Under the pieces are notes generated by a model that was not told the DNA's origin, searched no databases, and saw only the letters and a program-made list of their open reading frames with translations. From Bacillales bacterium UBA1737 (GTDB lineage: Bacteria > Bacillota_I > Bacilli_A > ML615J-28 > CAG-313), in contig DCIB01000009.1 in assembly GCA_002315915.1 (NCBI GenBank), forward strand, positions 47,529 through 111,528: a stretch of 64,000 nt of DNA, read 5' to 3'. Below, piece after piece: positions 15,209 to 24,470 of this stretch. The position numbers and the translations under genes were made by a program. Numbering within the stretch: the stretch's first letter is position 1; each line of letters starts with the position of its first letter.

Positions 15209-16993
15209 ATGGAATTTAAAGTAATAATTAATGGTATCGAAGTAATGGTTGATGAAAATGCAACTATTCTAGATGCAGCAAATATTGCAAAAGTAGATAT
15301 ACCACGTCTTTGCTTCTTAAAAGGTATAAATGAAAACTCATCATGTAGATTATGTGTAGTTGAAGTAGAAGGTATCAAAACATTAAAAAACTCTTGTAGT
15401 GTTAAGGTAAAAGATTGCTTACAAAGAGGATCTGATACATTAGTTGTTAAAACTAATACACCACGTGTACTAGATGCAGTTAAACATAACTTAGAATTAA
15501 TTGCTGGTAACCACTTATTTGAATGTTGGAAATGTCCAAGAGAACATAACTGTGAATTATTAAGATTACTACGTAAATTTAATATTACTAATGTAATTGG
15601 TGAAGATGCAACATTCAGCATGAAAGATAGAGTTCAAAACATCTCTAATGCAATGCAACTTGATTCATCTAAATGTGTATTATGTGGAAGATGTATTGCC
15701 GCTTGTGAAAAACTAGCTGGTACAAAAGTATTAGGATTTAACTATCGTGGATCAAAAACTTATGTTGGTCCTGCACTTAATTATCTTATTGCTGATTCTG
15801 GATGTATTTATTGTGGTAAATGTATTCAAGCATGTCCAACTGGAGCTATTAAAGAAAAAGATGATATTGCTCTTGCAGAAAGCTTAGTAGCTAATAAAGA
15901 ATTTTATACAATATTCTGTATGGCACCATCAGTACGTGTTGCTTTAGGTGAAGAATTCGGAATGAAGATGGGTACTAATGTAGAAGGTAAAATCTATACA
16001 GCTATTAAAGAACTTGGATTTGATGATGTTACTGATGTAAACTTTGCAGCAGATTTAACAATCATGGAAGAAGGTACTGAATTTATTGGTAGATTTACAA
16101 AAGCTCTAAAGGGAGAAGAAGTTAAATTACCACTTCTAACATCTTGTTCTCCAGGTTGGATTAGATATATTGAAACATATTATCCAGAATACTTAGATAA
16201 CTTATCAAGCTGTAAATCACCTCAACAAATGCAAGGTGCAATAATTAAAAATTATTATGCAGAAAAACTTGGTTTAGATAAAAACAAAGTAAAAGTTATA
16301 TCTGTAATGCCATGTATTGCAAAGAAATTTGAAGCAAGCCGTCCAGAAATGGAAGTAGATGGCGTAAGAGATATCGATTGCGTATTAACAACTCGTGAAC
16401 TTGCACGTTGGATTAAACGTCATGATATTGATTTCAGAAACTTAGAAGATAGTATTCCAGAAAGCGCTCTTGCTAAATACACAGGTGCTGGTGTCATCTT
16501 TGGCGCAACAGGTGGTGTTATGGAAGCAGCTCTAAGAACAGTAAGAGATATATTAGAATCTAAAGATTATAAAGATGTAGATATTACTCCAGTTCGTGGA
16601 ACTGATAATATTAAAGAAGCAACTTTAACTGTTGCCGGTCATGAAGTAACTGTAGCAGTAGTTCATGGAGCAGTTAATTTTAAAGAAATGTTTGATAAGA
16701 TTAAAGAAAATCCAAACAAATATGCCTTTATTGAATTTATGGGATGTACAGGTGGATGTGTAAACGGTGGTGGTCAACCAATCGTTCCATCATATATTGC
16801 TGATACAATTGATGTACGTGCAGAACGTGCTAAAGGATTATACAATATTGATGAAGAAGCAACACTTAGAAAATCACATGAAAATAAATTTGTAATGGAT
16901 TTATATAAAGAGTTCTTAGAAGAACCTAATTCTCATATTGCACATAAATTACTTCATACAACATACGTAAAAAGAGATAAATATAATAAATAA
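15209..16993 (+). CDS. hydA: [FeFe]-hydrogenase catalytic subunit (M3 architecture, CpI-like), with L1 motif variant TSCSPGW
   Basis: N-terminal 2Fe-2S ferredoxin domain, a His-ligated cluster motif, 2x CxxCxxCxxxCP. H-cluster motifs L2 MPCIAKKFE and L3 EFMGCTGGCVNGGGQP. L1 reads TSCSPGW (tct tgt tct cca at 16142-16153) instead of TSCCPxW. Confidence 0.85.
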   Translation: MEFKVIINGIEVMVDENATILDAANIAKVDIPRLCFLKGINENSSCRLCVVEVEGIKTLKNSCSVKVKDCLQRGSDTLVVKTNTPRVLDAVKHNLELIAGNHLFECWKCPREHNCELLRLLRKFNITNVIGEDATFSMKDRVQNISNAMQLDSSKCVLCGRCIAACEKLAGTKVLGFNYRGSKTYVGPALNYLIADSGCIYCGKCIQACPTGAIKEKDDIALAESLVANKEFYTIFCMAPSVRVALGEEFGMKMGTNVEGKIYTAIKELGFDDVTDVNFAADLTIMEEGTEFIGRFTKALKGEEVKLPLLTSCSPGWIRYIETYYPEYLDNLSSCKSPQQMQGAIIKNYYAEKLGLDKNKVKVISVMPCIAKKFEASRPEMEVDGVRDIDCVLTTRELARWIKRHDIDFRNLEDSIPESALAKYTGAGVIFGATGGVMEAALRTVRDILESKDYKDVDITPVRGTDNIKEATLTVAGHEVTVAVVHGAVNFKEMFDKIKENPNKYAFIEFMGCTGGCVNGGGQPIVPSYIADTIDVRAERAKGLYNIDEEATLRKSHENKFVMDLYKEFLEEPNSHIAHKLLHTTYVKRDKYNK

Positions 16994-16998
16994 TTAAC

Positions 16999-17562
16999 AT
17001 GAACACATTTCTTTTTGGTAAAACCAAAAATACATTAATGTTTATAGTAAAGGTTGCCGTAAACTTATCTATTACAGTAGTATTACAATATTTAATGGGT
17101 TTATTTGGAATACAATTATTAACAGGATCAATTGTTAATATGATGTTACTAATAAATACACTTTTTGTAGGACTAATTGGATCAAGTATTATTGCTTGTG
17201 TAACTCCTTTTATAGGAATTTTACTTGGTTTATCTAATAATATTATTTTACAAATCTTTATATGTGTTGCTAATATCTTATTTGTTACATCATTTTGTTT
17301 ATTAAATAAGATAAACTTTAAAAAAGATTTAAAAATTATATCATTGATAAAGGATTTAATATCCGTAATAGTAACTAGTGTAATAAAATATTTATTTATG
17401 TTTTATATAACATTTAAATTATTATTACCACTAATAATGCCAAATGTACCACAAGTATTAAGTATAACACTTGGAGTTACTCAACTATTTACAGCTTTAA
17501 TAGGTGGAATGCTATATATAGTTATATCCAATATATTAAAGAAAACATTAAAACAAATTTAA
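16999..17562 (+). CDS. Small polytopic membrane protein (187 aa, ~6 TM), possibly ECF-transporter S-component-like. It starts 5 bp after hydA
   Basis: Hydrophobic segments throughout. No motif recognised. Followed by a strong terminator. Confidence 0.4.
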   Translation: MNTFLFGKTKNTLMFIVKVAVNLSITVVLQYLMGLFGIQLLTGSIVNMMLLINTLFVGLIGSSIIACVTPFIGILLGLSNNIILQIFICVANILFVTSFCLLNKINFKKDLKIISLIKDLISVIVTSVIKYLFMFYITFKLLLPLIMPNVPQVLSITLGVTQLFTALIGGMLYIVISNILKKTLKQI

Positions 17563-17566
17563 ACAA

Positions 17567-17605
17567 TAGTCTGATTACATTTTGTAATCAGACTATTTTA
17601 TATCA
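17567..17605 (+). terminator. Rho-independent terminator (AATAGTCTGATTACA-ttt-TGTAATCAGACTATT)
   Basis: Perfect 15-bp inverted repeat followed by a T-rich run. Confidence 0.65.
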
Positions 17606-17607
17606 AA

Positions 17608-17767
17608 GTAAAATTGTTGACTCATACTGAACAATTTTTCGATTTTAGTAAAATTGTTCACTACTACTGAACAATTTTCTTGATTTAGGTAAAATTGTTC
17701 ACTCATACTGAACAATTTTTCGGATTCAACTAAATTGTTAATTGAATTCAAAGAATTTTCTTGATTC
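17608..17767 (+). repeat. Tandem array of about 4 units with a ~41-bp period (gtaaaattgttcactcatactgaacaatttttcgatttta). Each unit contains the inverted repeat AATTGTTCA-N7-TGAACAATT. Likely multi-site operator upstream of the GH31 gene
   Basis: Read directly. Copies lie at 17608-17647, 17648-17688, 17689-17730, with a degenerate fourth at 17731-17767. A -10-like TTATAAT follows at 17771. Confidence 0.7.
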
Positions 17768-17845
17768 TAATTATAATGTTAAGTATAATATTATAAGAAA
17801 TGGAAAAATAATAATAATTTATAAATGTAAAAAGGTATCAAAATT

Positions 17846-20251
17846 ATGTTAAATAATTATCTAATAAAAAAATATAATGGATTATCAAACACTAATAATG
17901 TAATTTATTTTAATAATTTAAGAATTACTATTCTTACACTTCATATAATAAGAATAGAATATTCTAAAACTAAAAACTTTACTGATGATGCAACACAAGT
18001 TTTTATTAATAGATATACAAGTGATGTTAAATATGAGATATTATCAAAAAATGATAATTTATTAATATTTATAGTAAACAACGTTTACTATAAATTTAAA
18101 AATAATAAATTTTTAGGTATATCTTTGGATAATAAAAAATATAGTTTAAATACATCATCTAATTTAGAAGGAACTATTAGAACACTTGATATGCATTTTA
18201 ATAAATGCAAATTAGGTAATGGTTTAATGTCTAAAAACGGTTTATCTATATATGACGATTCTAATAGTTTAGTATTTAAAGAAGATGGAATGCTTTATAA
18301 AAGAGAATATCCTGAGAAAGATTATTATGTATTTGTTGGATTTGATTATAAAAATATCTTAAATGATTTCTATAAAATAGCTGGATCTATTCCTCTTGTT
18401 CCAAAATTTATATTTTCTAACTGGTGGAGTAGATATTATCCATATACACAAAATGAATATTTATCTTTAATGAAAGAATTTAGTGATAAAGATATTCCTC
18501 TTGGGGTATCCGTAATTGATATGGATTGGCATAAGAGTTATAAACAAAACTTTATTAATGATTATCCTAATATTAAATTACCATTTATATATAAGAATAG
18601 TTTATTTGGTTGGACTGGTTATACTGTTGATAAGAATAAATTCCCAAATATTAAAGAAATGTTTGATGAATTACATAAAAACAATTTAAAAGTAACACTT
18701 AACCTTCATCCTGCACAAGGCATATGGCCTCATGAAGAACAATATGAATATTTTAAATCTAAATATAATTTAGGTAAAAAATATCAAGATATTGAATTTG
18801 ATTTTACTAACAGTGATTTTATTAATGATTATTTTGAAAAACTTCATCATCCACTAGAACATCTTGGAGTAGATTTTTGGTGGATAGATTGGCAACAAGG
18901 TAAAAAATCAAAATTAGATGGTCTTGATCCTTTATTTTCTTTAAATTATTATCATACATTAGATTCAACTAGAAATAATAATCGAAATATTATATTATCT
19001 AGATATAATGGATTAGGAGCTCATCGATATCCAATTGGCTTTTCAGGTGATTCTGGTATAGTATTTAATATATTAAAGTTTATTCCATATTTTACATCAA
19101 CTTCTTCAAATGTTGGATATACATTATGGAGTCATGATATAGGATCTCATATGTTTGGCTATACAAACAATGAATTATATACAAGATGGATTGAACTTGG
19201 ATGTTTCTTACCAATTAATAGACTTCATTCATCTAATAATAACGCAATACGAAAAGAACCTTGGTTATATGATAAAGTAACAGAAAACATTACTTCAAAC
19301 TATTTAAGACTACGTCATAAATTAATTCCATTTATATATTCAAGTTACTTAAAAAGTATAGATAATGGATATCCACTAATTTCTCCTATTTATTATTATG
19401 ATAATAATCCATTAGCATTTAAAAAATCTAATTCATATATTATGGGAGAAGATTTATTTATTCATCCGATAACATCTAAATTAGATAAATTGTTAAAATA
19501 TTCGGTTGAATCATCATATGTACCTAAAGGTATTTGGGTAAATATCTTTAATGGCAAATATTTAGATGGAAATAAAAATAATTTATTTGTATCTGAATTA
19601 TCCGATATTCCCGTATATCAAAGATTAGGATCTACTTTATTACTTAATTATGATTATCATGATATCGATAATTATAAAACAGTAGAACTACTTACTTCAT
19701 TTGGTAATTATAAATCAACTATTTATTATGATGATGGAATAAGTATTAATACAAAAAAAGAATTAATAACATTTGAAACAAAAATAAATAAAGATGTACT
19801 AGAATATCAAGTTTCAAATCTTTTTACAAATCAAGTTATTATAAGACTTATTGATGCAGAAGACATTAATGAAGTATTATGTAATAATACTTCATTAAAA
19901 AGATTTGAAAAAGATGGACATATTATCTATGCTTCTTCACTTGAATCATTAGATATTTTATGTGATAGATATAATATAATTGATTCTAAAGTATTAATAA
20001 TCTTAGAGAATATTGATAAAGACTTTAAATTAAATATCAAAGGTTATACTTTAAAGAAAATATTATCATATAAAGAATCTTTAGATAATTTATTCCCACG
20101 TATTAATATGGATAATTTAATAAAACAAATTATTTATACTTCTTTATCTAATGCAACAGCAAAAAAGGATGCGTTAAATAAATTAAAGTTTAGTTTATTA
20201 AATAAAAATACTAAGATTTTATTAAAAGATATAATTAATAAAACATTATAA
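17846..20251 (+). CDS. Glycoside hydrolase family 31 protein (alpha-glucosidase/alpha-xylosidase-like)
   Basis: GH31-like signature regions DIPLGVSVIDMDWH (cf. xDxxWxDxDYM) and GVDFWWIDWQQG (cf. WIDMNE nucleophile region). 801 aa. Confidence 0.6.
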   Translation: MLNNYLIKKYNGLSNTNNVIYFNNLRITILTLHIIRIEYSKTKNFTDDATQVFINRYTSDVKYEILSKNDNLLIFIVNNVYYKFKNNKFLGISLDNKKYSLNTSSNLEGTIRTLDMHFNKCKLGNGLMSKNGLSIYDDSNSLVFKEDGMLYKREYPEKDYYVFVGFDYKNILNDFYKIAGSIPLVPKFIFSNWWSRYYPYTQNEYLSLMKEFSDKDIPLGVSVIDMDWHKSYKQNFINDYPNIKLPFIYKNSLFGWTGYTVDKNKFPNIKEMFDELHKNNLKVTLNLHPAQGIWPHEEQYEYFKSKYNLGKKYQDIEFDFTNSDFINDYFEKLHHPLEHLGVDFWWIDWQQGKKSKLDGLDPLFSLNYYHTLDSTRNNNRNIILSRYNGLGAHRYPIGFSGDSGIVFNILKFIPYFTSTSSNVGYTLWSHDIGSHMFGYTNNELYTRWIELGCFLPINRLHSSNNNAIRKEPWLYDKVTENITSNYLRLRHKLIPFIYSSYLKSIDNGYPLISPIYYYDNNPLAFKKSNSYIMGEDLFIHPITSKLDKLLKYSVESSYVPKGIWVNIFNGKYLDGNKNNLFVSELSDIPVYQRLGSTLLLNYDYHDIDNYKTVELLTSFGNYKSTIYYDDGISINTKKELITFETKINKDVLEYQVSNLFTNQVIIRLIDAEDINEVLCNNTSLKRFEKDGHIIYASSLESLDILCDRYNIIDSKVLIILENIDKDFKLNIKGYTLKKILSYKESLDNLFPRINMDNLIKQIIYTSLSNATAKKDALNKLKFSLLNKNTKILLKDIINKTL

Positions 20252-20257
20252 TAAATA

Positions 20258-20295
20258 AAACACTTACAACTTAAATGTTGTAAGTGTTTTATTTA
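20258..20295. terminator. Bidirectional terminator between convergent GH31 and clpB genes (AAAACACTTACAAC-ttaaat-GTTGTAAGTGTTTT)
   Basis: Perfect 14-bp inverted repeat flanked by T/A runs on both strands. Confidence 0.6.
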
Positions 20296-22416
20296 ATGTT
20301 TGATGATTAATATCTTTTCTAGGGTTTTATTATAATCTACAGTATAGGATAAGTATGGTTTAATTTCTCCAGAGATAATTTGTGTTGCGATAAGAGTTTC
20401 TATATTTTTTTGAATAAATCTTTTAATAGGTCTTGCACCAAATGTTATATCAAATGATTTATCTATAATATATTTTTTAATATTTTCTGTAAAATCAATA
20501 TGAATATTTTGATTTTTAATTCTATTTTTTAAATCATTTAACATTTTATCTACAATTTTTATTTGAACTTTTTCATCTAAGCTATTAAACATGACTATTT
20601 CATCTATTCTATTTAATAATTCTGGTTTAAAAGAATGTCTTACAAGATTCATTACTTCATCATATTTATTTGTATCATTTGATAATAAATATTCAGAACC
20701 TAAGTTTGATGTCATTATAATAATAGTATTTTTAAAGTCTACTGTTCTACCTTGGGAATCTGTAAGTCTACCATCATCTAATATTTGTAAGAATATATTA
20801 AATACATCATGATGAGCTTTTTCTACTTCATCAAATAATATAATAGAATATGGTTTTCTTCGTACAGCTTCTGTTAATTGTCCACCTTCATCATAACCAA
20901 CATATCCTGGTGGTGCTCCAATTAATCTTGCAACACTATGAGGTTCCATATATTCTGACATATCAAATCTTACTATATGTTCATCACTATCAAATAATGC
21001 TTCTGCAAGTGCTTTACATACTTCTGTTTTACCAACACCAGTTGGACCTAAGAATAAGAATGATCCAATAGGACGTTTAGAATCTTGTATTCCAGAACGT
21101 TGTCTTATTATTGCATCACTTACTAGTTCTAATGCGTTATCTTGACCAATAACTCTATTAGATAATGTATCTTTTAAGTTAAGTAATTTATTTCTATCAC
21201 CTTGTACTAGTTTTGATACAGGAATTTTTGTTGCGTTAGAAATAATTTGAGCTATATCATCTTCAGTTACTGTTTGACTTAATAAGTGATCAGTAGAAGA
21301 AGAATCTTTTATCTTATTAATTTCTTTTTCTAATGTAGGAATTTTAGAATATTGAATTTCTGCTGCTTTATTATAATCACCATTTCTTGATGCAGTTTCA
21401 TATTCTGTATGAAGATGTTCTAATTCGTTTTGTTTAGTTTTTAATGATTCTATTTCTTGTTTTTCTTTACTCCATTTATTTTGTAAAGATTTTTCTTCAT
21501 CATAACTCTTATTTAATTCCATATCTATTTTACTAAGTCTATCTTTAGATACTGCATCAGTTTCATTTTTAATTGATGCTTTTTCTATTTCAAGTTGTAA
21601 AATATGACGTTTTAAATTATCAAGAGGTTCTGGTAGAGAATCCATTTGGATTCTAATTGATGCGCAAGCTTCATCAATTAGATCAATTGCTTTATCAGGT
21701 AAGAATCTATCTGTAATATATCTATTAGATAAAACAGCTGCAGATACAATTGCATTATCAGATATATGAACTCCATGATGGGCTTCAAATCTAGATTTAA
21801 TACCTCTTAATATAGATATAGTATCTTCTACGTTCGGTTCATCTATTAATACTTTTTGGAATCTTCTATCAAGTGCTGAATCTTTTTCAATATATTTTCT
21901 ATATTCATTTAATGTTGTTGCACCTATACAATGAAGTTCTCCTCGTGCAAGAAGAGGTTTTAACATATTACCAGCATCTAATGCTCCTTCTGTTGCGCCT
22001 GCTCCTACAATTAAATGAATTTCATCAATAAATAGAATTATTTCTCCATTTGATTCTGTAATTTTCTTTAATACAGCTTTTAATCTTTCTTCAAATTCTC
22101 CTCTGTATTTTGCACCAGCAATAAGAGATCCCATATCTAATTCATATACATGACATTTTTTTAATGATTCTGGTACATCACTTCTTACAATTCTTTCTGC
22201 TAAACCTTCTATTATGGCAGTCTTACCAACACCTGGTAATCCTATTAATATAGGGTTATTCTTAGTTTTTCTTGCAAGAATCTTTATTATTCTTAATATC
22301 TCATCAGTTCTACCTATAACTGGATCAATTTTTCCTTCTCTAACTAAATCTGTAACATCTCTTCCAAACTTCTTTAAGATATTCTCATCATTTTCATAAT
22401 TAATTGGTTGTTCCAT
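20293..22416 (-). CDS. clpB: ClpB disaggregase lacking the N-terminal domain (707 aa; NBD1, full-length M-domain, NBD2)
   Basis: Walker A GLPGVGKT near residue 61 and a second GPTGVGKT. The M-domain [23 protein letters not shown] matches E. coli ClpB [23 protein letters not shown]. The RBS GGAGGT 9 nt upstream of the ATG at 22416 supports the short form as the genuine start. Confidence 0.85.
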   Translation of the reverse strand: MEQPINYENDENILKKFGRDVTDLVREGKIDPVIGRTDEILRIIKILARKTKNNPILIGLPGVGKTAIIEGLAERIVRSDVPESLKKCHVYELDMGSLIAGAKYRGEFEERLKAVLKKITESNGEIILFIDEIHLIVGAGATEGALDAGNMLKPLLARGELHCIGATTLNEYRKYIEKDSALDRRFQKVLIDEPNVEDTISILRGIKSRFEAHHGVHISDNAIVSAAVLSNRYITDRFLPDKAIDLIDEACASIRIQMDSLPEPLDNLKRHILQLEIEKASIKNETDAVSKDRLSKIDMELNKSYDEEKSLQNKWSKEKQEIESLKTKQNELEHLHTEYETASRNGDYNKAAEIQYSKIPTLEKEINKIKDSSSTDHLLSQTVTEDDIAQIISNATKIPVSKLVQGDRNKLLNLKDTLSNRVIGQDNALELVSDAIIRQRSGIQDSKRPIGSFLFLGPTGVGKTEVCKALAEALFDSDEHIVRFDMSEYMEPHSVARLIGAPPGYVGYDEGGQLTEAVRRKPYSIILFDEVEKAHHDVFNIFLQILDDGRLTDSQGRTVDFKNTIIIMTSNLGSEYLLSNDTNKYDEVMNLVRHSFKPELLNRIDEIVMFNSLDEKVQIKIVDKMLNDLKNRIKNQNIHIDFTENIKKYIIDKSFDITFGARPIKRFIQKNIETLIATQIISGEIKPYLSYTVDYNKTLEKILIIKH

Positions 22417-22446
22417 ATAATAATACCTCCAATATATTTATCAAGT

Positions 22447-22473
22447 ATTAGCACTCTAACACCTTGACTGCTA
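22447..22473. promoter_or_regulatory. CIRCE operator 1 (TTAGCACTC-N9-GACTGCTAA), HrcA binding site in the clpB promoter region
   Basis: Matches the CIRCE consensus TTAGCACTC-N9-GAGTGCTAA with 1 mismatch. Confidence 0.7.
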
Positions 22474-22490
22474 ATATTATATACCATTTT

Positions 22491-22517
22491 ATTAGCACTG
22501 TCAATAGTAGAGTGCTA
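22491..22517. promoter_or_regulatory. CIRCE operator 2 (TTAGCACTG-N9-GAGTGCTAA)
   Basis: Matches the CIRCE consensus with 1 mismatch. It lies 17 bp downstream of copy 1. Confidence 0.7.
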
Positions 22518-22583
22518 ATTTTATAAAAATATTTTACATATTTTTATATATTTAATATAATAAAGAAAAGGAGAATAATTAAT

Positions 22584-23561
22584 ATGGATAAATTTAGATG
22601 GTGTTTTATAGGATGCGGAAGACTAGCTAATACAGTTGCTAGTCAAATATTAAAAAATGGTAAACATGAAATAGTTTCTTGTTATACAAGAAACTTTGAT
22701 AATGCAGTAAAATTTGCTAAAAAATATAATTCAACAGCATATAATAATGCATTAGATGCAATCAATGATAAAAGAGTAGATGCTGTATATATAGTAGTTA
22801 CTCATAATGTCCATTATAAATTTACTAAAATGGCATTAGAATCTAAGAAACCAGTTTTCTGTGAAAAATCATTTATGATGAATTCTATTGAATCAAATGA
22901 AATAATAAATCTTGCAAAGAAAAATAATTGTTATTTAGCAGAAGCTATGTGGACTTGGTTTGCATCTCCCGCAAACCAAGTAAAAGAATGGCTTGAAAAA
23001 GGTTTAATAGGTAAAGTAAAAGATGTTAAATTTAATTATCATTTAAGAAGTATTAATTTTGCACCACGTGTATCTGATCCTGCTCGTGGTGGTGGAGCAC
23101 TTCTTGATGTTACTGTTTATCCAATAACATATGCATATCGTTTATTTGGTAAACCATTAAGAATAGAATCAAATGGTACTATATGGAATAATGTAGATAC
23201 TAATGAAATTATAAAAATGTATTATAAAGATTTTAATGTATTAATTGATTCATCATTAATGGATTTTAAGGGGTTAGAACATATGGAAATTATTGGAGAA
23301 AAAGGAACTATTTATACAGGATTATTCCATATGGGTACAAAAGTATCATATAAATTAAATGATGGATCAAAATATACCTATAAAGGATATAAAGGATTAA
23401 TACTTCCATATACTGATGAATTTGATAAGGTTGCTGAAGAAATAAAACAAGGATTAAAAGAATCTAAATATGTTTCTTTAAAACATACTCAAGATGTTAT
23501 GGAATTATTAGATTTAGTAATGGAACAAATTAATTTAAAATATGATTCATTAGAAGAATAA
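22584..23561 (+). CDS. Gfo/Idh/MocA-family NAD(P)-dependent oxidoreductase
   Basis: N-terminal Rossmann motif FIGCGRLANT and the family motif VFCEKS (EKP-like). 325 aa. Confidence 0.65.
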   Translation: MDKFRWCFIGCGRLANTVASQILKNGKHEIVSCYTRNFDNAVKFAKKYNSTAYNNALDAINDKRVDAVYIVVTHNVHYKFTKMALESKKPVFCEKSFMMNSIESNEIINLAKKNNCYLAEAMWTWFASPANQVKEWLEKGLIGKVKDVKFNYHLRSINFAPRVSDPARGGGALLDVTVYPITYAYRLFGKPLRIESNGTIWNNVDTNEIIKMYYKDFNVLIDSSLMDFKGLEHMEIIGEKGTIYTGLFHMGTKVSYKLNDGSKYTYKGYKGLILPYTDEFDKVAEEIKQGLKESKYVSLKHTQDVMELLDLVMEQINLKYDSLEE

Positions 23562-23568
23562 TTTAAAA

Positions 23569-23620
23569 AACTAGTTAATATGAAGTGAACCCCATTTGTT
23601 GGACACTTCATATTAACTAG
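23569..23620. terminator. Long bidirectional terminator hairpin (AAAAAACTAGTTAATATGAAGTG...CACTTCATATTAACTAGTTTTTT)
   Basis: 23-bp inverted repeat between convergent genes. Confidence 0.6.
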
Positions 23621-23624
23621 TTTT

Positions 23625-24263
23625 TTATACTTTTATATTAATAATATCATTTATGCTACATTTTAATGCTTTAGCAAGATTCATAACAGTAATAACTGAG
23701 GCTTTATTTATATCTTTATCATTACATTCATATTGTTGTAATGTTCTAAGATTTACTCCACTATTTATTGATAATTCTTTTTGTGTCATATTTTGATTTT
23801 TACGCATTTTTTGAAGACGAGAAAATTCTGCTTCTCTATTGATTATTTCTTTAAATACTTCTAGTGTTTTATCAACAGATGCTTCATGCAGAGGATTATA
23901 CAATTTATTAATGTCTTCAATATGTATAAATTCTTCTATTTGCTTAAATGAAAGACATGTATCCCATTGTAATTGCGCAAGTATCCATCCAGTCCAATAT
24001 ACATCATCTCTATCAAAATATGGTATTTCTTCTTTAAATTTAAAGTTTAATACATTATTATTAATTATTTCGATAGCAAGATCAATTCCACTTTGACCAA
24101 CTGTATATATTGGATTACCTATTTCAAATTCATTTGAAATAGAAGAGTTAATAAAGTATTTATGAAATTCTGTTATACTTAATCAATTTTGCTTAGCATA
24201 AACAAATGCTTCACCTAATGTTTCACACGATATATTTATATACCATTCACCATATGCTTTCAT
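23625..24263 (-). pseudogene. XRE-family regulator (N-terminal domain of unknown function plus C-terminal HTH_XRE). A 213-codon frame is interrupted by an in-frame TGA at codon 27 (plus-strand 24183-24185)
   Basis: The ATG at 24263 has a GAGGAA RBS 8 nt upstream. The frame runs MKAYGEWYINISCETLGEAFVYAKQN-TGA-LSITEFHKYF...GWILAQLQWDTC...MTQKELSINSGVNLRTLQQYE... to the stop at 23625. There is no start codon in the 150 codons between the TGA and the TTG at 23903. Confidence 0.55.
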
Positions 24264-24383
24264 AGTTTTATTCCTCGCATCAAATCAGTTATATAGATTT
24301 CATTTTTATTAAAATTATTTGTTAGTTCTTGAAATTTTTTTACTGCTTTGTAATCTCTAGTTATACTCCTATATAGCAATATT

Positions 24384-24401
24384 ATACTTCTATAGAAGTA
24401 T
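24384..24401. promoter_or_regulatory. Perfect 18-bp palindrome ATACTTCTATAGAAGTAT between the divergent XRE pseudogene and the transporter gene
   Basis: Read directly. Candidate operator for the adjacent XRE-type regulator. Confidence 0.35.
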
Positions 24402-24470
24402 AAAATAAAATATATAATAAATTGTCGCAAACTTTAACAAAAATTAATTTATAATACTATAATCATTATT

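Noticed and set aside
17608-17767. The tandem 41-bp repeats considered as a CRISPR array
   Set aside because: The units are contiguous with no unique spacers, the array is only ~4 copies long, and no cas genes are nearby. It is better explained as an operator array or small tandem repeat.
24183-24185. The in-frame TGA considered as a genetic-code-4 Trp codon or selenocysteine
   Set aside because: All other long genes in the window, up to 1734 codons, are intact with TGA as stop and encode Trp with TGG only. No SECIS-like hairpin follows the codon. A single nonsense mutation or sequencing error is more parsimonious.
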